Origin: an uncultured Chloroflexia bacterium
GTDB taxonomy: Bacteria; Chloroflexota; Chloroflexia; Thermomicrobiales; UBA6265
Length of the DNA: 64,000 nt
Assembly: GCA_963724295.1 (NCBI GenBank)
Contig: CAVRUC010000002.1
Coordinates: forward strand, 288,001 to 352,000
Reading direction: 5' to 3'
How positions within the stretch are numbered: position 1 is the first letter of the stretch; each line of letters opens with the position of its first letter. The notes below the pieces were generated by a model. The model saw nothing but the letters and a program-made list of their open reading frames with translations, did no database searches and was not told the DNA's origin. Below, piece after piece: positions 1-9,121 of this stretch. The position numbers and the translations under genes were made by a program.

Positions 1-169
1 ACGACCATGGTCCTCAACGGGTCCGTTCTCAACTTCGGTACAGCCGGAGGAGCGATTCTGGGGGGCGCCCTCATCGCGCTCGGCGGCTACGCGGCCCTGG
101 GGATCGGTCTGCCCTTCTTCGCACTGGTGGCGGCGGCCCTCGCCTGGTGGCCAGGAAGTCGTCAGGTAG
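1..169 (+). CDS. MFS transporter, C-terminal end (partial; true stop uncertain)
   Basis: Hydrophobic MFS-type C-terminal helices NGSVLNFGTAGGAILGGALIALGGYAALG...; ORF runs on to 507 but the tail looks non-coding; out-of-frame TAG at 167-169. Confidence 0.6.
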   Translation, partial: RPWSSTGPFSTSVQPEERFWGAPSSRSAATRPWGSVCPSSHWWRRPSPGGQEVVR

Positions 170-472
170 GAACACGCCCATCTCAAGCAACATCCTGCCT
201 TCCGAGGAAGACCGGAGTAACGATTGGCGCGTGGCAGAAAACCCTTATCGGCTTTGACCACAAGCCGGCGTCACGATGCTTCCAGATGTGCCAAGGGCAC
301 CGCAGGTCCGGTCGAGCACTCCCCGGGCCCCGCGCTCACTTCGATGCCACGGCTCGTGTGCGAACCACCCACAAACGGCGCCCTCAGCCGACCGGTCACC
401 ACCACGACGCGCGAAGCAATGACCATGGCCACGTCCTTGCGGTGCGGTCACTGCTGACGCCTCGGCGGACAC

Positions 473-928
473 CTAACGGTGTCGCGCTGCGGTGGCGGCA
501 TCCCTGAGTTGGAAACGCATATCGCGGAGCGCCATTTCTGCCGCCACCGCCTCGAAACTCGGGACTCCACCAAGGCCCGGCTGAATGAGCGCTGTTTGTG
601 TGGCCGGAGCCTGGATCCCCGGGTTCCCACCAAGGCCCGGCTGAATCGGCATCTGCAAGCGGACGGGATCCGTCGTGCGGCGGTCCGGCGCCGACCGCGA
701 CGCGCGCGGCGGGCGCGCGACAACGGTCGAATCCACGACGCCGTGATGCGGAGCCTGTACGGCAGTCAGCGCTACGATGGGATGGATCATCTCAGCCGGG
801 GCATCTTCACTATGGAGTCCCAAGGCAACTGCGCTCACGCCGCACGTGCCGGCCACGAGGCTCATCCCAAGCCTCAGCACACGTCCCAACTGGCGGATGC
901 CTTCGAGATGAGGCATTGCGACAACCAT
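473..928 (-). CDS. Hypothetical protein with duplicated IQPGLGG motif
   Basis: RBS GAAGAGG upstream of ATG 928; 20-bp direct repeat with 60-bp period keeps frame (IQPGLGG x2). Confidence 0.4.
   Translation of the reverse strand: MVVAMPHLEGIRQLGRVLRLGMSLVAGTCGVSAVALGLHSEDAPAEMIHPIVALTAVQAPHHGVVDSTVVARPPRASRSAPDRRTTDPVRLQMPIQPGLGGNPGIQAPATQTALIQPGLGGVPSFEAVAAEMALRDMRFQLRDAATAARHR
567..646. repeat. 20-bp direct repeat CCACCAAGGCCCGGCTGAAT (567-586, 627-646)
   Basis: Two identical copies, 60 bp apart. Confidence 0.85.
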
Positions 929-1222
929 GGCACCTCTTCTTCCCCAGCCTCTCGGGTGGCAGACGCGGGTCGTGCGGCCGGGAAACTGATCGACTTGCCG
1001 CAGTGCTGCGAGCAGCCAACATCACGGCTGTCGTGAGTTGGCAGCCTTCGCACGTGCTTATCAGGAGTGGGATCGTCGGGTACTCGGCAGTTCGGCTACG
1101 GCGGCAAGGCGACCTGACCGCCGGAAGCTGGAGTTGTTCTGACTTCTGGGCTCGTTGGGCCCAGCACGCTGCACTGATTGCTCGTCACCTTGTTCGCTCC
1201 TCCTACCTCGGCCCCCCGCGGC

Positions 1223-1777
1223 TCAGGGTGTGGGGGAGGCGCTCGCCTGCGCCGCCGCGGGGAGGTCGACCCCGTTCGGAGTCAAGCGATAGCCCCGGAC
1301 GGGTGGATCGGCCGGCAGAATCTGGTCAAAGGTGACGGCGTTCTGCGCGTCGCGCGTCACAACTCGCTGCGGCGTGCTGTCGACAAACGTCTGGCCGTCC
1401 TCGCTGACCTCGGGGTGGCCCTCGAACTGGAAGGTGCCAAGCAAGGTCCCGTCTGGAGCGGTGAGCTTCTGGATGGCGGTGAAGTGGCTACCGCGCTCGC
1501 CAACCACTTCCCATCGCCCGATGGCTGGTCCCTGGAAGAACAGGCCGAGGCCGGGATCGATGGCATTGGACCCGAACGCGGCCACGAACGAACCGTCCGG
1601 GTGAAAGATGGCCGGGACCGGCCCACCAGGCGTCATCCCGACCCAGCTGCCGACAAGCGGATGCCCCGACAGGTCCGTGGCTTGCTGCTTTGCGGCCTCG
1701 CCCGGTTCTGCCTTGCCGATGCCGACCAGGCTGGCCGCCCCCAGGAGCAGCCCCCGCGCGAAATCGATGCGACGCAT
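1223..1777 (-). CDS. Secreted (Tat-like signal) beta-rich hypothetical protein
   Basis: RBS GGAGGG; MRRIDFARGLLLGAA signal; HPLVGSW...FHPDG motif. Confidence 0.75.
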   Translation of the reverse strand: MRRIDFARGLLLGAASLVGIGKAEPGEAAKQQATDLSGHPLVGSWVGMTPGGPVPAIFHPDGSFVAAFGSNAIDPGLGLFFQGPAIGRWEVVGERGSHFTAIQKLTAPDGTLLGTFQFEGHPEVSEDGQTFVDSTPQRVVTRDAQNAVTFDQILPADPPVRGYRLTPNGVDLPAAAQASASPTP

Positions 1778-1862
1778 GACCCCTCCCTTCCCTATCGTGG
1801 TCGCTGCCGAAGCCCATCCTCATCGCCGCAGGCCGCCGTGAGGACTCGAAGGCCTGTTGCCG

Positions 1863-3005
1863 TTATGGCGAAAGCGACGGCCTTCCCGTGGGCTCGAGCA
1901 CCACAGCGTAAATCCTCTCCGTCGTTTCACCGAGGTTGAAGAGCGAGCCGTCTGGACGCTTGCCGACGTTGGCGTCGTCCCCGGCGCCGGTCTCGAGTAC
2001 CAGTGACCCGAAGGGTGGCGGACGTGTCTCCTCTCCCGGCGGGAGGGTGGCGCGGAGGAGGCTGACACTGACCGGTCCGGCCGGTAGCGGGCCATCGAGT
2101 GCCTCCGCACTTCCGCCGAGATAGCCGCTGTGCCGCAACCAGGGGGAGGGCATCGTCCCCGCATAGAGTCCGGCGTTGAGAATCTGCACCGGGTGCGTTC
2201 CGCGGACGACGTAGGCCGCCGGAAATGCAAAGTCGTGAACGATGGTGTCGCCTGGACCAACAATTATCTCCTCGCCCGGTGCCGGCTGCAGCCTGTCCAA
2301 GCTTCCGCCGGCGCCGCGGACCACCTCTATCGGTCCGGCCGCCTCGACCGTCAATTCCCCTTCCACAACGTGAGTGAATTGAGGGCCATGACAGCACGTT
2401 TGGCTCTGGGTCCAAGCGGGGAATCCGTCCCCAGGCGCGAGCAAGAGGCGCCACAGGACGAAGCGAAGCTGGCCTTCTTGCGGGATTTGATCGGCTGTCA
2501 GGGTCGTGGCGAAGAGCGGTTCGATGATCGACTCGGTAGTCACCGTTGCGACATCGCGCCCTGCGATTGACGCCGGTTGGCCGGTCATTCGATCAATATG
2601 AACGCGACCCATACCAAGTGTGGCGACCGCAAAACCAAGCGTCACGAGGAGCAAGGCCACGGTGGCGAGGTGCGGCAATGACCAGTGCCTGCTGTCCAGA
2701 AGCCAGGCCCAATGTGGCGGCGCGGCCGGCGATGTGCGCAACCCCCCGGAATCTCCACGCGGCCCCGGGAGCGAGTGCGTCAACGTATTGGTGACGTCTT
2801 CCGAAGTCTTGGCAAGACTGGTCACTCGGAGTCGCCCGCGGCGTTGCGCAGCGTCCAGCTCGGCCGTCGGCGGGCGCACGCCGAGGTGGTGGATGACCGC
2901 TGTCGCCAGTTCATCGACCTCGCCGCCGCGCAAGACCTCGCCGCGTTGGGAAGCATCCCAGTACCGATCTAAGGCGTCAGCGCGCCGCCGCTCGCTATGC
3001 TCCAC
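1863..3005 (-). CDS. Membrane-anchored putative anti-sigma factor with cupin-like extracellular domain
   Basis: Overlaps the ECF sigma stop; GAGGT RBS before GTG 3005; single TM helix; HVVEGELTV...GPGDTI cupin-like motif. Confidence 0.65.
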   Translation of the reverse strand: MEHSERRRADALDRYWDASQRGEVLRGGEVDELATAVIHHLGVRPPTAELDAAQRRGRLRVTSLAKTSEDVTNTLTHSLPGPRGDSGGLRTSPAAPPHWAWLLDSRHWSLPHLATVALLLVTLGFAVATLGMGRVHIDRMTGQPASIAGRDVATVTTESIIEPLFATTLTADQIPQEGQLRFVLWRLLLAPGDGFPAWTQSQTCCHGPQFTHVVEGELTVEAAGPIEVVRGAGGSLDRLQPAPGEEIIVGPGDTIVHDFAFPAAYVVRGTHPVQILNAGLYAGTMPSPWLRHSGYLGGSAEALDGPLPAGPVSVSLLRATLPPGEETRPPPFGSLVLETGAGDDANVGKRPDGSLFNLGETTERIYAVVLEPTGRPSLSP

Positions 3006-3585
3006 GGAGTACCTCGCGCTCAGCCGCAATCGCGGCACGGATCTGGTCCATCGCCCGCAGTTGTCGTTTCTTGGCCGCTTCGTGGCTAATTCCGAGTATC
3101 CGGGCGATCTCGCGGCCGCTCAACCCGGCTCGCCGAAGCTCCAACACGCGTCGATCGTCTCTCGACAGATGATCGATCACCGCGTCGAGCCACTCCCGAT
3201 CGATAGTCGCAAGTGCTTGCTCTTCCGGACTTGTGCCCGGGTCGAGGAGATTGGCCGCTTCCGACAACGACTCCTGTGGACGCCGGGCGCGGAACGCGTC
3301 TTGAACGGCGTTGTGAGCGATGACAAAGAGCCAGGGACGGAAGCGGCCCGTTTCCTTGTACCCGGGCAGGGCTGCCAGCGCCTTGAGAAAGGTCTGGCTG
3401 GCTGCATCTTCGGCCGCTTCGGGCTCTCCCAGTTCGCTCAGGCAATAGCCGTAGACGGCCCGGAAGTAGCGGTCGTAAAGGGCGACGAACGACTGCGGAT
3501 TCTCCTTGGCCCACGCGACTAACAACGAGTCCGGGTCGTCGGACCTTCGCGGCTCGATGGGTTGGCGTCGACGTAAGAACCGCAT
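2995..3585 (-). CDS. ECF (sigma-70 group 4) RNA polymerase sigma factor
   Basis: AAEDAASQTFLKA, FRPWLFVIAHN (region 2); GLSGREIARILGIS (region 4). Confidence 0.93.
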   Translation of the reverse strand: MRFLRRRQPIEPRRSDDPDSLLVAWAKENPQSFVALYDRYFRAVYGYCLSELGEPEAAEDAASQTFLKALAALPGYKETGRFRPWLFVIAHNAVQDAFRARRPQESLSEAANLLDPGTSPEEQALATIDREWLDAVIDHLSRDDRRVLELRRAGLSGREIARILGISHEAAKKRQLRAMDQIRAAIAAEREVLRGA

Positions 3586-3862
3586 CTACCCCGGTCCTCT
3601 GCCAGCGATATACCTTTGTCCACTCTAGTCAACGAATCGGTCTCGAAATGGGGACAACGAGTACCAGTGGAATCCCGATGCCTTGCCGTCGAGCTCCATA
3701 GGCCGGCACCGTCCACGACCCCGGGTCCACGCCGGTACGACTCCTTGTTCCCCTAGTTTGCCAGGACCCGGTTTGGCGCCATCGACGATGGTATTGGTCG
3801 GTCGCGGTCAGGAAGATGAACCCGGTTCATGGAAACCCAATGAGGGCGTTGCGGGACCAGTG

Positions 3863-5101
3863 TCACGCCGCCTCGGGATCCGCCAGAGGCGCCGCGGCAG
3901 ATAGCGACTCTTCTTCGTCCGTGAGCGCGCGGCCCGGGCGCATCCGCGTTTGTGCCAGCAACAGCACCGGGATCAGCAGGGCGCTGGCGACCAGCGAGGC
4001 CAGCAGCGGCCCCTCGGCACGGATGGCGTAGAGCTGTCCCGAGATGATCGGGGCCGATGAGAACGCCGATCCCCCCGTCATCTCGCTCAGGGTGAAGACG
4101 CGCGGCCGCACGCGATCGCTGCGCACGATCTCGCTCAAGGCGCCGACGAAGAGTCCCCAGGCCGACCAGAGCCCGCCGCGTCCGATGAACGCCAGCGCGA
4201 TCAGCCAGACGTGATGCGTAGAGAGGACGACCGCCAGTGCGCCCATCACCATGCCGATAGCGATGGCAATGCCGGTCAGTGGGTGTCGCTGCAACCACTG
4301 GCTGCGGGCGACGGCCAGACCAAACACGACCGCCCCCAAGGAACCGACCCCGCCCAGGATGGCGACGACCGCCGGCGTTATCCCGCGCTGATCGGCCAGG
4401 AACGGCGCGAGTAGTGAAATGCCCAGGGCCAGGGAGAAGATCGTCGCGAACTGCATCCCCAGCATCGGCTTCACGCCTGGCTCGGCCAGCGCCTCGCGAT
4501 AGGAGGAGCGGGTCGGCTGGTCCTCCTTCGCCACCTTGGGCTGCGGTGCGAAGCGGCTGAAGAAGTAGAGCGAGAACGCGGTGCAGGCGGCGGCGAAGAT
4601 GAAGGCGGCACGCATGTCGAACCGGGCGATCAGCGCCCCCGAGATGAGCGGGGCGATGCCGAAGGCAATGGCCGGGCCGACGTTGAAGACGAGGGTGAAG
4701 GCGCGCACCCGCTGCTCGCCGGCGTGCGCGGCCAGGTGTGCCTGGGTGAGGGGAAAGGCGATCTCCCCGATTGCGCTACCGATCACCATCGGCGCCAGCA
4801 TGGTCCAGTGGGTGGCGAACGCGGCGCTGATCATCCCGAGAGCGGTCATCGATCGCGCGGCGACGATCAGCGTGCGCGGGTCGATGCGGTCGGCTAGCGC
4901 CGCGCTGGGAGCGAGGATTAGCAGGCGGAGCAGCCCGGAGGCGCCAAGCACGAACCCGACGACGGTAATCGGCGCACCGAGCGCTTCGATCCAGAGCGGC
5001 CAGATGCCGACATAGGCGCCGAAGGCGGCCTCGACCCCGATCATGGCCCAGAAGACGTAGCCGAGCTCTCGACCGAGCCCCAAATCCCACGCAACCGGCA
5101 T
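3863..5101 (-). CDS. MFS transporter
   Basis: About 12 TM helices; motif-A-like ALADRIDPRTL. Confidence 0.88.
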   Translation of the reverse strand: MPVAWDLGLGRELGYVFWAMIGVEAAFGAYVGIWPLWIEALGAPITVVGFVLGASGLLRLLILAPSAALADRIDPRTLIVAARSMTALGMISAAFATHWTMLAPMVIGSAIGEIAFPLTQAHLAAHAGEQRVRAFTLVFNVGPAIAFGIAPLISGALIARFDMRAAFIFAAACTAFSLYFFSRFAPQPKVAKEDQPTRSSYREALAEPGVKPMLGMQFATIFSLALGISLLAPFLADQRGITPAVVAILGGVGSLGAVVFGLAVARSQWLQRHPLTGIAIAIGMVMGALAVVLSTHHVWLIALAFIGRGGLWSAWGLFVGALSEIVRSDRVRPRVFTLSEMTGGSAFSSAPIISGQLYAIRAEGPLLASLVASALLIPVLLLAQTRMRPGRALTDEEESLSAAAPLADPEAA

Positions 5102-5294
5102 TCGCACTTGCAGGCGCCGGCCCGGCAACCGCTTCACCTCGATCCTCACATTCCGCTCTGTCTCAGTACCCGAGCGCCGGACATTGTACGGGCCAGAGGC
5201 AGGAGACCGCGTTGGGAACTGGCGACGGTCGCGTCTTCCTGGAGATGCGGTACCGTTGCCACGAGATGCGATTGCCCAGGAGGAGCAACCGAGC

Positions 5295-5885
5295 GTGAAC
5301 CCGTATCTCGCGACCGCGATTGCCATGTGCGTGATCGTCCTCCTCTCTCTGGCGGGGACGGCCTACCTGGCGGCGGTCTTCAACCGGCGGGCCAAGAGTG
5401 ATCTGCTGGACCGGCTGGAGCCGCTGGCGGCGGCCATCGACGGCGCCGCGGACGTAGACGAGGCGCGTGTCGAGGGGCGCTTCCGTGGCCAGATCGCCAT
5501 CGGCCGAGTGGCAAACGCCCCCGGCGGCTTCGGCCGCCTCTTTCACGTCGAGCTGGTCGACTCCGCCGGCGGCGTGGCCTGGGAGTGGTCGTCGCTGCCG
5601 GACAAGAAAGGATCGGGTCTCACCCGAACCTTCGAAGGAGATTCCGAGCTGAAAGGGCGCCTTCTCTCACGGATCGATTTCGAGGAGGTGGCAACTGTGG
5701 TGCCGGACGACCGCGCGCAACGCTTCGGTTTTCTCTACGATCCGGGTGCCGGCATGATCCGCCTCACGCGTGAGATGCGAACCCGCCTCGACATCCCCGA
5801 CGCGGAGACGTTCACCCGGCAGCTCGAGACGCTACACCGGATCGGCGAAGCGAACCGCCGCGCCCAGGACGCCGACGGTGGGTGA
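5295..5885 (+). CDS. Hypothetical protein with N-terminal TM anchor
   Basis: AGGAG RBS, GTG 5295; coding-like GC3 bias. Confidence 0.75.
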   Translation: MNPYLATAIAMCVIVLLSLAGTAYLAAVFNRRAKSDLLDRLEPLAAAIDGAADVDEARVEGRFRGQIAIGRVANAPGGFGRLFHVELVDSAGGVAWEWSSLPDKKGSGLTRTFEGDSELKGRLLSRIDFEEVATVVPDDRAQRFGFLYDPGAGMIRLTREMRTRLDIPDAETFTRQLETLHRIGEANRRAQDADGG

Positions 5886-6660
5886 CATCACGGGGGCGGA
5901 GTCCTCGCCCTTTCCCGAGCGCGGCATGGAGACCGTCCGCATCGACAGTGTCGCCGAAGCGTATGCCTACTTCACCGCCTGGCCGCCGCCTGATGGCCCG
6001 TGGGAACATGTCGGCCAGGTCTTCGCGCCGGGCCCGGCGGGCCCCGAAGACCATCTGACGGTGCGCGCCCCGGATGGGCAGACCGCCGTCGTGCGTTTTG
6101 CCATCCGCTCGTTCCTCTCGTTCCCCGGGGAGGCTCTGGTGGCGCCAGGGGAGCAGATATCGGCCGCGATGCGCGCCGGTCACGATCTGGCGAAGACTGA
6201 AGGGCCGCTGCACCCGGGGACGATGCCGCAGTATCCCGTGCCGTCAGAGTCGCATGCCGGCGCGGTCGCCGTGCCCTTGCCGATCCTGGCTGTCGATGCT
6301 GGCCAGCGGGGGCTCTTCGCGCCACCGCGCATCGCGGTCGTGCGCTGGCCGTCAGCGGAGCCGGTCGGGGTGGGCGATGCGCCGGGTTTCGACCCGGAGC
6401 GCTGGCCGCCACCGCGCCTCGGCGATTGGCCGCCGCCCTCGGTCAGCGGCTGGCCGCCATACCGGCTGGCGGGAACGATCGAGCGCTTCAGCGCAATCCT
6501 GGTCCGCCTCCTCGACGCCTGGTTCTCCGGCGAGGGATACCGCCAGCTTGACGACGAGAAGCGCGAGGCCCGCCTGCTGCTGGCGCGGCTCGTTCCCCAG
6601 GGCATGCTCGAGCTATACGGCGAAATCAGCCCGCGTTTCTGGGCATGGCTCACGGACTAG
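5878..6660 (+). CDS. Hypothetical protein
   Basis: Overlaps upstream stop; coding-like GC3 bias. Confidence 0.7.
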   Translation: MGDITGAESSPFPERGMETVRIDSVAEAYAYFTAWPPPDGPWEHVGQVFAPGPAGPEDHLTVRAPDGQTAVVRFAIRSFLSFPGEALVAPGEQISAAMRAGHDLAKTEGPLHPGTMPQYPVPSESHAGAVAVPLPILAVDAGQRGLFAPPRIAVVRWPSAEPVGVGDAPGFDPERWPPPRLGDWPPPSVSGWPPYRLAGTIERFSAILVRLLDAWFSGEGYRQLDDEKREARLLLARLVPQGMLELYGEISPRFWAWLTD

Positions 6661-6743
6661 GCCGACAAGAACGCCCGTTGCCTGGACATCTGGACAACGC
6701 CGGTGTGTCAGGAGGTACGATCGTGGCCCCTAGCAGCGGTTTC

Positions 6744-6893
6744 GTAGGGGCGACGCCTGCGTCGCCCGCGGCAGCCAGTTCAGCCAGATTCGAGGAGCGG
6801 AAGCCCGCTGCCGACGAACCGCGCAGCGTCTTAAAGTGTTGCCATATCGAGACGCGTTGAATGAGCGCGGGCGACGCACTTGCAGGCGTCGCC
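6744..6893. repeat. REP doublet (REPIN-like) unit, copy 1
   Basis: GTAGGGGCGACGCCTGCGTCGCCC, ~100-bp spacer, GGGCGACGCACTTGCAGGCGTCGCC; near-identical to copy 2. Confidence 0.85.
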
Positions 6894-7920
6894 TGAGTGG
6901 GAGGGGCTGGGGAAGGGCGTAGAGGGGAGGCGGGGGCGGGCGACAGTGTGGGTGAGGCGTCACAAGGCGGTGCGCGGCGAGGAGCGGCTCATTGTCCATC
7001 CGGTCCGTGCAGGAGGTCTCCGATGTTCATCGGCATCGATGTCGGCCGCGAGTACCTCGACGCGGCGCCACGAGGCGGCGCGGCGCTGCCGCGGCGCGTG
7101 CAACACCGCGAGGGCATCGCCGCGCTGGTCGCGGCCTCAGCACCTCGCCGCGACCTGGTGGTGCTGGAGGCGACTGGCACCTACCACGGCCCTGCTGGCG
7201 GCCTGCTGCGGCGAGCTGCCGGTCGCGTCGTCAATCGCGCAGGTGGCGCTTCCGCACAGCCGGCTGGGCCGGCACAAGACGGATCGCGCCGATGCGAGTT
7301 GCTGGCCGCTTCGCGGGCTGCACAGGAGGAGCTGCGCCGCGCACGCGGAGAGCCAGATGGCGCGGTTGCGTGACTGGTGGCTACGGGACGATCTGGTGGC
7401 CGGCGCACGGCCATGCGCAACCAGCAGCAGCCGCGCGTGGGCCGGGGAAGCGGCGGTGGTGGCCTGGCTGGAGGCCGACCTGCGGGCATCGCGGCGCGCC
7501 TGACCGAGGTGGAGCAGGCGATTGCGATCTGCTGGCGACCCGGTCCGAGACGGCGGCCTCACGGCCCAGGTCGGCGTCGGGCTGATGACCGCCGCTGCGG
7601 TGCTGGCCTATCTGCCGGCTGGGGTGCTGGGCAATCCCAAGGCCGCAGCGGCCTATGCCGGCGTCCATCCCGCCATGAGCAGTCCGGGCAACGGGACCGC
7701 AGTCGCCTCAGCAAGCAGGGCCGTCCTGCCTTGCGCCGCTATCTCTATCTGGCGGCCTGGCGGCCATCGCTGGGACCGAGATCGCGGCCTGGCATGGCCG
7801 CCTGCGGGCGCGTGGCAAGGCGGCGCGCAGCGCCACCTGTGCCGTGGCCACAAACTGCTGCGCCAGCTGATGGGCAAAACCAAGGAGGCGACGCCGGGAT
7901 CGAGCTCCATGCCTAACTTA
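6894..7920 (+). mobile_element. IS110-family insertion sequence (degraded)
   Basis: IS110 transposase motifs spread over several frames; no terminal inverted repeats; sits inside a REP. Confidence 0.85.
7023..7916 (+). pseudogene. IS110-family DEDD transposase/recombinase with multiple frameshifts
   Basis: AGGAGG RBS; MFIGIDV, VVLEATGTYH, KTDRADA, GVGLMTAA, AYAGVHP, QSG..SRLSKQG...LRRYLYLAA in different frames. Confidence 0.88.
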
Positions 7921-7921
7921 C

Positions 7922-8080
7922 AAGGGGCTGACGCAGGCGTCGACCGCGGCAGCCAGTTCAGCCAGATTCGAGGAGCGGAAGCCCGCTGCCGACGAACCGC
8001 GCAGCGTCTTAAAAGTGTTGCCATATCCGAGACGCCGTTGCAATGAGCGCGGGCGACGCACTTGCAGGCGTCGCCCCTAC
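7922..8080. repeat. REP doublet (REPIN-like) unit, copy 2
   Basis: Same spacer as copy 1 (4 single-base indels); ends GGGCGACGCACTTGCAGGCGTCGCCCCTAC. Confidence 0.85.
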
Positions 8081-8088
8081 GATCAGAG

Positions 8089-8601
8089 CTACACCCCGTA
8101 CCTCGTTCGCGCCTTGCTGGTCACCGTGATTGTCTCCAGTCCACCATCGACTCCCGGTTTGCGCGCGATGAAGCCGCGCCGGGCCTGCTCCGCGATCCAG
8201 GCGTCGTCAAAACCATGGGTCGAAGCCAGGAGGGAGAAGTCCTCGGCCGGAAGCGTCGGTTCGGGGTCGACCGCCGCCGCGTAGAAGTCGTGTCGCGTCC
8301 GTTCCGCCGCGGTCTCAGGGTTCAGCACCAGCCGCTCGACGACCGTGCCGGCGGCGAGCGCGTCGACCAGCTCGGGGATATCCGCTTTGGCCACCCCGGA
8401 GTAGATCACGCCGTCCGGGTAGACCACGATATTCGGCCCGATGTCGCACAGATCGATGGTGCCGCAGTTGTTGACCAGAATCGCCTTGTCCAGACCCCGC
8501 CGCAGCACCTCGCGCCGCAACAGCATCAACACGTCATTGGCGCCCTTCGCCGCGCAGTGCGACGCCGTACAGGCCAGAACGTGCTTGTGGGTCCAGTACA
8601 T
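8089..8601 (-). CDS. Thioredoxin-like (2Fe-2S) ferredoxin domain protein
   Basis: HVLACTASHC...CGTIDLCDIGPNIVVYPDGVIYSGV. Confidence 0.88.
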   Translation of the reverse strand: MYWTHKHVLACTASHCAAKGANDVLMLLRREVLRRGLDKAILVNNCGTIDLCDIGPNIVVYPDGVIYSGVAKADIPELVDALAAGTVVERLVLNPETAAERTRHDFYAAAVDPEPTLPAEDFSLLASTHGFDDAWIAEQARRGFIARKPGVDGGLETITVTSKARTRYGV

Positions 8602-8611
8602 GAGGCTCCCG

Positions 8612-8759
8612 AGTCGGTAAGTCGGTAAGTCGGTAAGTCGGTAAGAAGAATAGCGAGCCGTAGGTCGCGCGTCAGTAATCCGGATCGATCCGCCAATGAA
8701 TCGCCCGTAGCGTCGGAGGCGAGGTCTATTTCTACTTACCGACTTACCGACTACCGACT
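8612..8759. repeat. Inverted octamer tandem-repeat hairpin (AGTCGGTA)4 ... (TACCGACT)~3
   Basis: Arms 8612-8645 and 8735-8759 are reverse complements. Confidence 0.85.
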
Positions 8760-9091
8760 CACCCATATCGGTACTGAATACCAAACCCACCCCGTGGGTA
8801 GGTCCACTCGATGTTGCGGAACTCGTGGCAGACGATGCGACAGGTGCCGCACTCGACGCAGCCTTCATACGAGAAGATCACCCGGCCATCATCAGCCGGC
8901 ACATAGCAGTTCGCCGGACAGCAGTTGATGCATTGCTGGCGCACGCAATGCAGGCAGACGTCGTGGTCGATGATGCGGATGTGCGCCCGCGATGCATCGA
9001 CGTTGTAGGTGTTGAGCGCCAGCTTGCGCTCGATGGCGGCCGGGTCGAGGATGCGGGCACGGGTCGGCGCCTCGGCCTCCGCGACAGTCAT
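8759..9091 (-). CDS. FixX-like 4Fe-4S ferredoxin
   Basis: CINCCPANCY and YEGCVECGTCRIVC; C-terminal YPRGGFGIQYRYG typical of FixX. Confidence 0.9.
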   Translation of the reverse strand: MTVAEAEAPTRARILDPAAIERKLALNTYNVDASRAHIRIIDHDVCLHCVRQQCINCCPANCYVPADDGRVIFSYEGCVECGTCRIVCHEFRNIEWTYPRGGFGIQYRYG

Positions 9092-9121
9092 GACAGGGAC
9101 CTTTCCAGTGGGTGAGAACGT

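Noticed and set aside
419..484. Possible second selenoprotein MTMATSLRCGHC-UGA with a downstream hairpin GACACC-TAAC-GGTGTC
   Set aside because: No RBS or known family; the loop lacks the SECIS G; the hairpin overlaps the stop of the minus-strand ORF
471..520. Integron attC site (ACCTAAC...)
   Set aside because: No matching GTTRRRY end and no integrase or cassette array
567..646. CRISPR-like repeat (20 bp + 40-bp spacer)
   Set aside because: Only two copies, frame-preserving within an ORF, and no cas genes
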